From Geosiphon pyriformis uo1 (Eukaryota > Fungi > Glomeromycota), in contig JAAOMT010000303.1 of the NCBI GenBank assembly GCA_016748015.1, positions 558,001 through 622,000 on the forward strand: a stretch of 64,000 nucleotides of DNA, read 5' to 3'. Positions within the stretch are counted from its first letter, which is position 1; each line of letters opens with the position of its first letter. Of this stretch, positions 10,389 through 21,739 are shown piece by piece. The notes beneath the pieces were generated by a model that worked only from the letters and a program-made list of their open reading frames with translations, did not search any database and was not told where the DNA came from. Both the position numbers and the translations under genes were made by a program.

Positions 10389-12880
10389 TCACTGGATGGT
10401 ATGTCTGGAGAGAGCATCAGTGTTTTGATAATTAGCTCCTATGTGGTGTTGAATGTCATAGTCAAATTCATCCAAGTGAAGTATCCAGTGAGTTATCCGT
10501 TTATGTTCCAGATTTTTTTTGTTGCATAGCCAAACCAAAGCTTGGTGATCTGTTACCACCAAAAATTTCACACCCTTAAGATATTTGTCCCAGTAGCTGG
10601 TAGCCCAAACTACTGCTAAGCATTCTTGCTCAATGACTGAATAGTTTCTTTCTGCTGGTGTGAGAGTTCTACTGGCATATACTACAGCATGTTCTCTGCC
10701 ATTTTCATTTTTCTGGGAAAGAACAACACCAAGTCCATAGCCAGATGTATTAGTATGGAGGATAAAACATTGATCCAAATTAGGTTGCATGAGGATGGGT
10801 TCTGTAACCAGTTTTTCCTTCAGAATTTCAAATGCTTTTTGTTGATGAGTGCCCCAGTGATAATTGATGTTTTTTCTAAGTAGCTGATTGAGAGGAGCGG
10901 CAATTTTGGAGAAATCTTTGACAAACTTGCAATAATAAGAGACCAAACCAAGAAAAGAGCATAGTTCATGAACATTCATTGGTTGTCTAATGTTTTGAAC
11001 TTTTTCAATTTTGGCTGGATCAGGGAAGATTCCATCTTTTGTAATAAGATGGCCAAGGAACTGGGTGGATTGACGTCCAAAGAATAATTTGATTGGATTG
11101 ATCTTAAGGCCAGCATTTCTAAGGAGGTCAAAAACCTTTTGCAAATGTTCAAGGTGTTCATCCCAGGTTTTTGAGTATACCATTATGTCATCCAAGTAGA
11201 CTAGAACAAAGTTTTCTTTTACTGATTCAAATACTTTGTCCATTAAGTGTTGAAAGGTGGGAGGAGCATTTGTAAGACCAAAAGGCATGATTGTGAATTC
11301 ATAGGTGCCATACTTGGTGATGAAGGCAGTTTTCTTTCTGCTTTCTGGATCCATCTCTACTTGCCAGAATCCAGCAGTTAAGTCAATGGTNNNNNNNNNN
11401 NNNNNNNNNNNNNNNNNNNNNNNNNNNNNNNNNNNNNNNNNNNNNNNNNNNNNNNNNNNNNNNNNNNNNNNNNNNNNNNNNNNNNNNNNNNNNNNNNNNN
11501 NNNNNNNNNNNNNNNNNNNNNNNNNNNNNNNNNNNNNNNNNNNNNNNNNNNNNNNNNNNNNNNNNNNNNNNNNNNNNNNNNNNNNNNNNNNNNNNNNNNN
11601 NNNNNNNNNNNNNNNNNNNNNNNNNNNNNNNNNNNNNNNNNNNNNNNNNNNNNNNNNNNNNNNNNNNNNNNNNNNNNNNNNNNNNNNNNNNNNNNNNNNN
11701 NNNNNNNNNNNNNNNNNNNNNNNNNNNNNNNNNNNNNNNNNNNNNNNNNNNNNNNNNNNNNNNNNNNNNNNNNNNNNNNNNNNNNNNNNNNNNNNNNNNN
11801 NNNNNNNNNNNNNNNNNNNNNNNNNNNNNNNNNNNNNNNNNNNNNNNNNNNNNNNNNNNNNNNNNNNNNNNNNNNNNNNNNNNNNNNNNNNNNNNNNNNN
11901 NNNNNNNNNNNNNNNNNNNNNNNNNNNNNNNNNNNNNNNNNNNNNNNNNNNNNNNNNNNNNNNNNNNNNNNNNNNNNNNNNNNNNNNNNNNNNNNNNNNN
12001 NNNNNNNNNNNNNNNNNNNNNNNNNNNNNNNNNNNNNNNNNNNNNNNNNNNNNNNNNNNNNNNNNNNNNNNNNNNNNNNNNNNNNNNNNNNNNNNNNNNN
12101 NNNNNNNNNNNNNNNNNNNNNNNNNNNNNNNNNNNNNNNNNNNNNNNNNNNNNNNNNNNNNNNNNNNNNNNNNNNNNNNNNNNNNNNNNNNNNNNNNNNN
12201 NNACTTCTATATCAGTTTCAATGCTGATGCCATTGATGCGGACAGGAATAGCTTTGGCTATGCCAAGCCCTTTCTTCTTATCACCATGCACATTGGTCAT
12301 TGGTCATGTGGATGGTTCATCAATTTTTCTGCCAATTGCTTCAAAAAAGTGTTTAGCAATAACACTAACAGATAATCCACTGTCTAGGATCAAATTGATG
12401 AAGTAGCCAGCCACTTGGGCTTTGCAAATTAGAGAAGTGACATTGCTATTGTCAGCAAGTCCAGCTTGGCGAGGGCGTTTGTTGGTTTTGGGTGTCTTTT
12501 TTTTTAGAATCAGAGATTTGTGAAGATCTTTTCTGAATTGTGGATGGGTCATCAATTGGCCAAAGGTTATATGTGCTGGGGTCTTTGACAACAGAATAGG
12601 GGCCGGATTTTTGTACTATTTCTGGGGGTTCCAACTTTGGAGGGTTCTTGAAAACTTTGGCTTTTGGGGGCTCATTGTTGTCAACAGTTGATGTAGAAGC
12701 TTTATTGGGGTCCAGAACGAAATCAACTTTGGCTTTCTTTTTCTTTCTTGTAGATTCAGAAGGATTGATTGCTAGTTCATCCATGTCATGGTCATCATCA
12801 GTTAAGTTAAAAGCATAAAAGGGGTTTTCTTCTGGTTGGCTTGTACTCTCATCCTTTGGAGGTGCACCTACCAGTTTAAA
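10389..12880 (-). pseudogene. pol: pol (protease-RT-RNase H) of A3, spanning an assembly gap
   Basis: MPFGLTNAP, VYLDD, RNase H EQECLAVVWA/TDHQAL/DALSR; protease LILDSG. Confidence 0.92.
11391..12202. other. Assembly gap (812 N)
   Basis: Run of N; the equivalent interval in A2 is about 1.0 kb. Confidence 0.99.
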
Positions 12881-14424
12881 GGCTAATAAACAGTGGCTTC
12901 AACTAGGGGATTCTCTCCAAAGAAATTGATGTTGGCATGATTGGGTCTTTGATTGGGGACATTGTTGTTGTTGTTGGGTCTGTTTTTTTGGTTGTCATTG
13001 TTTCTGGGAGCTAGAGGAGACAGTGGAGGATTGTTACAATTTCTTGAATAATGTCCAGTTAATCCACAACAATAGCACACAAGTGGGCCACAATTTTGCT
13101 GTCTTTGATAGGAAGGTTGCTGGGGCTGGTTAAAACGAGGTTTGTATCTAGGTCTTGGTGGTTGCTGGTTATTTCTGACTGCTTGTGCCAAAGGTTCTAA
13201 TAACCAGGCAAGATTTGCTGTAAGTCTGTCTATTAACTGTTCATTTGGATCTTGAGTATGAGTGGCAAAAGAAGTAGCAACCATTTGAAAGGCAGGAGCT
13301 ATGACAAGAGCAGGAGCAAAAACTGGAAGTGTAGATCCCAAATGTATTCTTTGGTTGTCTTCAATTCATTGGACAAGTTCAATGGCCATGTCTATTGTAG
13401 GGTTGTCTTTTAGGGCCAAGAGAAGCCAAAGAGCATAAGATAAAACGGTTCTCAATTCTTTTGTGAAGGAATGAATCTTTTGTTCTTCTGTCCAGTTTCT
13501 CCCAAAGTCTACACGTTTGATTAGCTTTCTAATAGCTTTGGCATATTCAGTCACTACTTCTCCAGAGCCTTGGGTTTTTCTTTCCAATTCCATGCACCAT
13601 TTGGATATTAATATTGGAGTTCTGAACTTGGCCTCAAATTGGGTAGTGAAAGAGGTATTTTCTTCTCCAGCATTGATTGGTGTCCATCTGATTATTCTGT
13701 GTTGAGCATTGGCATCTGTTTCTTGTGAGAACCAGGTAGCAGGAAAGCCTTGGAGGTAGCCACCAACGATTTGGAACTTGTATTCTTTATCATACTGGTT
13801 GGCTGTGACAGCTCTCTTAAAATCATCCAACCATTCAATTGGATCTTGTGTATCATCTCTAAATAGTGGTAGTGGGGTATTGTTTCTTCTTTCTAGAGCA
13901 ATTTGTATATCTTGGAGGGCGGCCAGAATGTTTACTTGCATGAGGTCATTAGCCATTGGTTCAGGGGTAACTGTTTGTGTAGATGAGTCTGATTCGCTTG
14001 ATAAAAGGTCAAAAACAGGGGCAGTTTGGTAGCTTTCTTCTTCTGTTTCAAAGGAAGTTTCAGTTGCTTAATGGGCGGCAATCCAAATGTGGATTTGATG
14101 ATTCAAATATTCGAAATCAGAGGACTGTTGTTCAAAGGTTGCAGAATATAAGAGCTGATTGATACTGTTGTTTCTTTCTTCAAAGTTGTTTTCAAAATAA
14201 GTTTGGTCAAAGTAATAGGTTGTATAAGCTGTATAGGTTTCAGCTGAATGCTTGTTCAAAAACCAGTTCCAAAAGTCTTGGAATTGTCTACTGGATTGTT
14301 CTTCAAGAGGGAAGCAGATCAAGCAGGAGGGCAGAGGATTAAGTTCAATGAAATCTAGGTCATTTCTGTTGTGTGCTGCAAAGTGTTCTTCTGATTGCTA
14401 TGGCAGATATGAGTAATCACCCAT
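12868..14424 (-). pseudogene. gag: Gag of A3
   Basis: ORF pieces 12883..13341, 13366..13956 and 14068..14322 are colinear with A1 gag. Confidence 0.9.
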
Positions 14425-15120
14425 ACAATGAGAGAATAAGTGAATTTTGACAACCTCACAGGGAGCACCACTTTTATGTTACAGGTTGGAATAACAAGCT
14501 AACGGATAGCAAGGGAGAACAGGATTGTAGTGTGATAGAAATAATCAAAGAGGAATTCAACTTTAAAGAGCAAATTGAATGAATATGAATTCAATGTGCA
14601 AGATCAGTCTTATAAAATATCTCAGTTACTATTCTTTTCAAAAGATAACAAGAGAATCTGAAGGTAGAAAAATAGTCTGTACTGTCAACAATTGATCACC
14701 ACTGGTATAATTCTATGTCTCACATTGGCTCTTTTAGAATTCAATATCAGGTATCAACTTGTGCTTTTCAGTCACGTTTATTCAAATAATCTTTAAATAC
14801 TACAATTATATATGTCAGAAAAAGGCCGACAAGTAATTTTTTATCCTAAGATGTTCAGATACTTGAAGGTAGGGAAAGGAAAATTAGCGATAAGAGAGTG
14901 ATTGAGATGAAAGTTGTTATTTTTATTTATTTGATTCTTGTCTGAGAGATAATTTTTTACAGCTAAGAGACTTATTGCTTATATAGCTATTGAAAGTGGT
15001 CAATGACCAGGTCAACGACTAGATTAATGATGACTATCTAAAAATAGAGTGGCTAATTATATGACATCAGTGACTAATACATGTGATAACTAATAAAAAT
15101 TATGGGTTTCAACCGTAACA

Positions 15121-17759
15121 AGATGTTGAATGTCATAGTTGAATTCGTCCAAGTGGAGTATCCAGCAGGCTATCTATTTATGTTCTAGTTTTTTCTTGTT
15201 GTGCAGCCAAACCAAAGCTTGGTAATCTGTTACCACTAAAAACTTCACACCAAGGAGATACTTATTTCAGTAGCTGATAGTCCAAACTACTGCTAAGTAT
15301 TCCTGCTCAGTAACTGAATAGTTTTTTTCTGCTGGTGTAAGAGTTTTACTGGCATAGACTATTGCATGTTCTCTGTCATCTTCATCTTTTTGTGAGAGAA
15401 CAGCACCAAGTCTATAGCCAGATGTATCAGTGTAAAAGATGAAAGATTGATCCAGATCAGATTGCTTGAGAATAGGTTCTGTAACCAATTTTTCTTTGAA
15501 GGTCTCAAATGCTTTCTGCTGATGTGTGCCCCAATGGTAGTTGACATTTTTCTTAAGTAGTTGATTGAATGAAGAGGCAATTTTGGAGAAATCCTTAACA
15601 AATTTGCGATAATAGAAGGCCAAACCAAGAAAAGAACATAACTCATGAACATTTATTGGTTGTCTTATGTTCTGAACTTTTTCCACTTTGGCTGGATTAG
15701 AGAAGATTTCATTTTTTGTAAAAAGATGGCCAAGGAATTGGGTGAATTGTCTTTCAAAGAAAGATTTAATTGGGTTGATTTTGAGACCTGCATTTCTGAA
15801 AAGATCAAAAATCTTTTGCAAATATTCAAGGTGTTCATTCCAGGTTTTTGAGTACACCATTATATCATCTAGATAGACCAGAACAAAGTTTTTCTTTCAC
15901 TGATTCAAATACTTTATCTATTAAGCATTGAAAGGTGGGAGGAGCATTGGTGAGACCAAAAGACATGACTGTAAATTCATAGGTGCCATACTTGGTGATG
16001 AAGGCGGTTTTCTTCTGGCTTTCTGGATCTATTTCTACTTGCCAGAATCCAGTAGTTAGATCAATGGTTGAAAAGAAAGCAGCATCTTTGAATTGGTCCA
16101 GCATTGCATTAATCTTGGGAAGTGGGTACATGTCTTTTTCAGTGATGACATTTAATTGGTGGTAGTCAACACAGAAGTGTAGGATTCCACCTTTCTTGGA
16201 TACTACTACAACTGGGAAAGCCCATTCACTCTTGGTTTTTTGTATGAATCCAAGTTCTTTCATCTGGTTTATTTTTTTCTTTATGAACTCATCATTTTGG
16301 TGATTGGATTGGTAAGGCTTCAAATAGATGGGGCAAGTTTCTCTGGTGGAGATGGTGTGTTGTATCACATGAGTTTGTCCTGGAGTATCACTTTCTTTTG
16401 AGATAACTGGGCTGTTTCTTGCCAACAGATTTTCAATGTCTATCTTTTTTTCTTCTGGGGAGGGTTTTTTTTGTTTTACTACTAATGATTGGATCTCAGG
16501 TGGTTCATTTTTAAAAGACTTCTGTACTTCTTTTAATTCATCTCTTGGTATTAAGCTAATTGGTTCCCAATTTTTGTAATAGATCAGGCATGATTTGCAT
16601 TCATCACTTGGAGAATACAAAAGTTTATTGCACCAACACTGGGCACAAAGACCATGTCACTAATAACTGTATTTGGCTTTCTTGCCAGGCTTTTGGTCAA
16701 AGGTTCTTCTTAGAATATCATAGTAGGGCCAGCAGATCAGCTTGCCATTTACAATAATTCTCTTTTTATCAGCTTTAATATTGTCTAATGGCTTGCCATT
16801 GTTGGTAAAGGTGGTATAGGCAAGTTCAACAGTTTTTTCTTGTTCTTCTTGTTCATCTTCTTCATCACTTTTTTTATCATCTGATTCTTCTGATTGCTCA
16901 TCTTCTTGATTTTGTTTGGTTGCTAGAAAAATTGTCCAATGGCAACATTTAACCACAATGGGTTTTTCACCACATCTTATGGTTAGCTCACAAAGTTCAT
17001 AGTTGAGTAAGGCTTTTGCTTTCTTGAGCCATTCATTGCCAACAATGATGGTATATTCTTTAGCTTTAGAAACTTCTATGTCAGTTTCAATACTAATGCC
17101 ATTGATGCGGACAGGAATAGCTTTGGCAGTGTCCAGACCTTTCTTCTTGTCACCATATATATTGGTTATTGATCGAGTGGAAGGCTCATCAATTTTTCTG
17201 CCAATTGCTTCAAAGAAGTGTTTGGCAATTACACTAACAGATGATCTACTGTCTAGGATTAAGTCAATGAAGTAACCAGCCACTTGTGCTTTGCAAATTA
17301 GAGGAGTAACATTGCTGTTGTCAGTAAGTCCAGCTTGACAAGGGTGTTTATTGGTCTTTGGTGTTTTCTTCTTAGGGATTAGAAATTTGTGGAGATCTTT
17401 TCTGAACTGTGAATGGGTCATTAACTGGCCAAAGGTAATGTGTGCTGGGGTTTCCATGAGATCTTTGACAACAGAATAGGGTTCAGATTTTTGTACAATT
17501 TCTGGGGGTTTCAACTTTGGAGAGTTCTTAAAAACTTTGGTTTTTGGTGGCTTATTGTTATTAGCAGTAGAAGTTGAGGCTTTGTTGGAATCTAGAACAA
17601 AATCAACCTTGGCTTTCTTTTTTTTTCTGGTTGATTCAGAAGTGTTGATTGCTAATTCATCCATGTCATGGTCATCATTAGTTAAGTTAGAAGTGAAAAG
17701 AGGTTTTCTTCTGGTTGGCTTGTACTCTTACCCTTTGGAGGTGCGCCTACTAGTTTAAA
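15121..17759 (-). pseudogene. pol: pol (protease, Cys-rich linker, RT, RNase H) of A2
   Basis: ORFs 16660..17664, 15865..16620 and 15267..15860; FCVDY, YPLP, IDL..GFWQ motifs. Confidence 0.92.
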
Positions 17760-19287
17760 GACTGATAAACAGTGGCTTCAACTAGAGGATCCTCTCCAAA
17801 GAAATTGATGTTGGCATGGTTGAGTTTTTAATTGGGAGTATTATTGTTGATGGGTCTATTGTTTTGATTGTTATTATTTCTGGGAACTGGAAGAGGTAAA
17901 GGAGGATTGTTGAAAAATGTCCAGTTAATCCACATCTATAACATACAAGAGAACCACAATTTTGCTGTCTTTGATAAGAAGGTTGCTGGGGCTGATTAAA
18001 ACGTGGTTCATATCTGGGTTTTTGTGGTTGTTGGTTATCTCTAACTGCTTGTGCCAAAGGTTCTAATAACTGGGCAAGATTGGCTGTGAGTCTATCAATT
18101 AATTGTTCATTTGGATCTTGAGTTTGGACAGCAAAAGAAGCAGCAGCCATTTGAGGAGCAGAAGCCATGACAGAAGCAGGAGCAAAAACTGAAGTGTAGA
18201 TCCCAAATGTATTCTTTGGTTGTCTTCAATTCATTGGGCAAGTTTAATGGCCATGTCTATTGTAGGGTTGTCTTTTAGGGCCAAAAGAGACCAAAAAGCA
18301 TAAGATAAATTGGTTCTCAATTCTTTTGTAAAGGAATGAATCTTTTGCTTTTCTGTCCAATTTCTTCTAGAGTCTATACACTTGATTAACTTTCTGATTG
18401 CTTTAACATATTTAGTTACAATTTCACCAAGGCCTTGAGTTCTTCTTTCTAATTCCATGTGCCACTTGGATATCAAGATTGGGGTTCTGAACTTGTTTTC
18501 AAACCGGGTTGTGAAAGAGATATTGTTTTCTCCAGCATTTGTTGGCATCCATTTAATGATTCTTTGATCGACATTAGCATCAGTTTCCTGTGAGAACCAG
18601 GTAGCAGGAGAGCTTTGGAGGTAGCCACCAACAATTTGAAACTTGTACTCATCATCATATTGGTTGGCTGTAGCAGCTCTTTCAAAGTCATCCAACCATT
18701 CAATTGGATCTTGTGCATCACCTCTGAATAATAGTAGTGGAGTATTGTTTCTTTGCCCCAAGGCAGTTTGTATACCTTGGAGGGCAGCCAGGATGTTTGC
18801 TTGTATTGGATCTTGGGCCATTGGTTCAGGAGTTACTGTTTGTATAGAGTGCTCTGATTCACTTGAGAAAATATCAAAAATAGGCAGTTTGGTAACTTTC
18901 TTCTTTTGTTTCAAAGGGGTTTTTAACTAGTTGGTGAGCAGCAATCCAAATATGGATTTGGTGATTCAGATATTTGAAATCAGGGGGCTGTTGTTCAAAG
19001 GTTGTGGAGAATAAGAGCTGATTGATGTTGGTATTTCTTTCTTCAAAATTGTCTTCAAAATAAGCTTGGTCAAAGTAATAGATTGTATAAGCTGTATAGG
19101 TTTCAACTGAATGCTCGTTCAAGAACCAGTTCCAAAAGTTTTGGAATTGTCTGTTGGATTGTTCTTCAACAGAGAAACAGATCAAGCAAGAGGGCAGAGG
19201 ATTGAGTTCAATAAACTCTAGATCATTTTTGTTGTGTGCTGCAAAGTGTTTTTCTGATTGCTGTGGCAAGTATAAATAATCACCCAT
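17747..19287 (-). pseudogene. gag: Gag of A2
   Basis: ORFs 18874..19287, 18231..18914 and 17782..18168. Confidence 0.9.
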
Positions 19288-20304
19288 ACAATGAGAAAAT
19301 AAGTGAATTTTGACAACCTTACAGAGAGCACCACTTTTATGTTATGGGTTAGAGTAACAAGCTAACGGATAGCAAGGGAGAACAGGATTGTAGGATGATG
19401 GAAATAATCAAAAGGAAATTCAACTTTAAAGAGTGAATTGAATGAGTATGGATTTAATGTGTAAGATCAGTCTCATAAAATATCTCAATTGCTATTCTTT
19501 TCAAAGATAACTGGGGAATCTGAAGATAGAGAAATAATCCATACTGTCAACAATTGATCACCACTGGTATAATTCTATGCCTCACATCAGTGCTCTTAGA
19601 ATTCAATATTAGGTATCAACTTGTGCTTTTCAGTCACGTTTATTCAAATAATCTTCAAATGCTACAATTATATACATCAGAAAAAAGCCAACAAGTAATC
19701 TTTTATCTTTAAGATGTTCAGATACTTGAAGATAGGGAAAGAGAAATTAGCAATAAGAGAAGAATTGAGATGAAAGTTGTTATTTTATTTATTCTTTATT
19801 ATTCAGATGCTTGTTATTACATGCTTTTTTACAGCTAAGAGATTCATTGCTTATATAGCTGTCAAAAGTGGTCAATAATCAAGTCAACAGTCAGATCAAC
19901 AGTCAGGTTATTGATCAAATCAATGATCACTTTCTAAAAATAGTGTGGCTAATCATATGACATCAGTGGCTAATACATATAATAATTAATAAGAAGTATA
20001 GGTCTTAACCATAACAATAGCTTTACCAGGATTATTAAGCCCTTTAACATTAACAGTACCAATTTTCCAAGTGTTGTTATTGGAATAGTTCTGTTTTATA
20101 TTGGAATCAGATGTGTTATACATTATCTGTTTCCATAGATTTAAATTCTTCAGCAGTAGAACTGCTCCAGCTACCCTGTTTTTTCACTTGCTTCAATAAC
20201 TTCAAAATGGGTTTCAATGTTTTTTTAATTTCTTTGATTTCCACTTCTGGGTTGTATGTCTGCTGAGGTAGATTTAAATATAGTACTTTGGCTTAGTAAC
20301 TTAT

Positions 20305-20947
20305 TGTTACAAGTTGGAGTAACAAGTTAATGAATAGCAAAGAAGAATAGGATTGTAGGGTGATGGAAATAATCAAAGAGAATTCAACTTCAAAGAGCAA
20401 ATTGAATAAGTATGGATTCAATGTGCAAGATCAGTCTCATAAAATATCTCAGTTGCTATACTTTTCAAAGATAACTGGAGAATCTGAAGATAGAGGAATA
20501 GTCCGTATTGTTAACAATTGATCATGCTTAATATAATTTTATGCCTCACATCAGCACTCTTAGAATTCAATATCAGGTATCAAATATACTCTTTAGTCAC
20601 GTTTTATTTAATAATTTTCAAATGCTGCAATTACACATTTTAGGAAAAAAGTAAAGAATAACCAACAAGTAATCTTTTATCTTTAAGATGTTCAGATACT
20701 TGAAAGTAGGGAAAGGGAAATTAGCGATAAGAGAAGAATTGAGATGAAGTTGTTATTTTATTTCTTTATTTCTTTTTGATTCTTACATGCATTTCTACAG
20801 TTAAGAGATTTATTGTTTATATAGCTATCAAAAGTGGTCAATGATCAGGTCAATGATCACTTACTAAAAATAGAGTGGTTAATTTATATGACATCAGTGG
20901 CTAATACATGTAATAATTAATAAGAAGTATAAGTTTCAACTGTAACA
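20305..20947 (-). mobile_element. Solo LTR, family A
   Basis: TG...CA termini, TSD TTAT/CTAT, no PBS or PPT. Confidence 0.93.
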
Positions 20948-21002
20948 CTATTTTCCATCTCTTTTTTTCTTCTGAGATGTTATTTGGCTGTTGAATAACT
21001 AT

Positions 21003-21739
21003 TGTTACAGGTTGGAGTAACAAGCTAATGGATAGCAAGGAAGAACAAAATTGTAGAGTGATGGAAATAATCAAAGGGAATTTCAACTTTAAAGAGCAAA
21101 TTGAATAAGTATGAATTCAATGTGCGAGATCAGTCTCATAAAATATCTCAGTTGCTATTCTTTTTAAAAATAACTGGAGAATCTAAACATAGAGGGATAG
21201 TTCATACTGTCAACAATTGATTACCACTGGTATAATTCTATGCCTCATGTCAGTGCTCTTAAAATTCAATATCAGGTATCAACTTGTGCTTTTCAGTCAC
21301 ATTTATTCAAATAATCTTTAAATGCTACAATTATATACATCAAGAAAAGGCCAACAAGTAATTTTTTATCTTTAAAATGTTCAGATACTTGAAGGTAGGA
21401 AAAGAGAAATTAGTGATAAGAGAAGGATTGAGATGAAAGTTGTTATTTTATTTATTCTTTATTATTCAGATGCTTGTTATTACATGTTTTTCTACAGCTA
21501 AAAGATTCATCACTTATATAGCTATCAAAAGTGGTCAATGATCAGGTCAATGATTAGGTTAATGATCAGGTCATTGATCAGGTCATTGATTAGGTTAATG
21601 ATCAGGTCAACAGTCAGGTCAATGGTCAGGTTATTGATCAGGTCAATAATCACTTTCTAAAAATAGTGTGGCTAATCATATAACATCAGTGGCTAATACA
21701 TGTGATAATTAATAAGAAGTATAGGTCTTAACCATAACA
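21003..21739 (-). mobile_element. Solo LTR, family A
   Basis: TG...CA termini, TSD CTAT/CTAT. Confidence 0.95.
21534..21653. repeat. Tandem array of ten 12-bp units GTCA(A/T)TGATCAG in U3 of the family A LTR
   Basis: Counted directly; 2-8 units in other LTRs; TATA-like GCTATATAAG (minus strand) at 21514-21523. Confidence 0.92.

Larger units (their letters stand above)
7699..15120 (-). mobile_element. Ty3/Gypsy family A copy A3, full length, nested in the RNase H of A2
   Basis: LTRs 7699-8342 and 14477-15120; A2 RNase H resumes at 15121; degenerate 4-bp TSD CAAT/AGAT. Confidence 0.93.
4917..20016 (-). mobile_element. Ty3/Gypsy family A copy A2, full length, interrupted by A3
   Basis: LTRs 4917-5593 and 19340-20016; TSD ATAG at 4913-4916 and 20017-20020; gag-PR-RT-RH-IN-ORF3 order. 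Confidence 0.95.

Noticed and set aside
11305-12375. Long ORFs on both strands
   Set aside because: They consist of the N gap
21534-21653. CRISPR-like or nuclear-receptor (AGGTCA) array
   Set aside because: No unique spacers, eukaryotic LTR context, and no evidence of nuclear receptors; treated as a U3 tandem repeat
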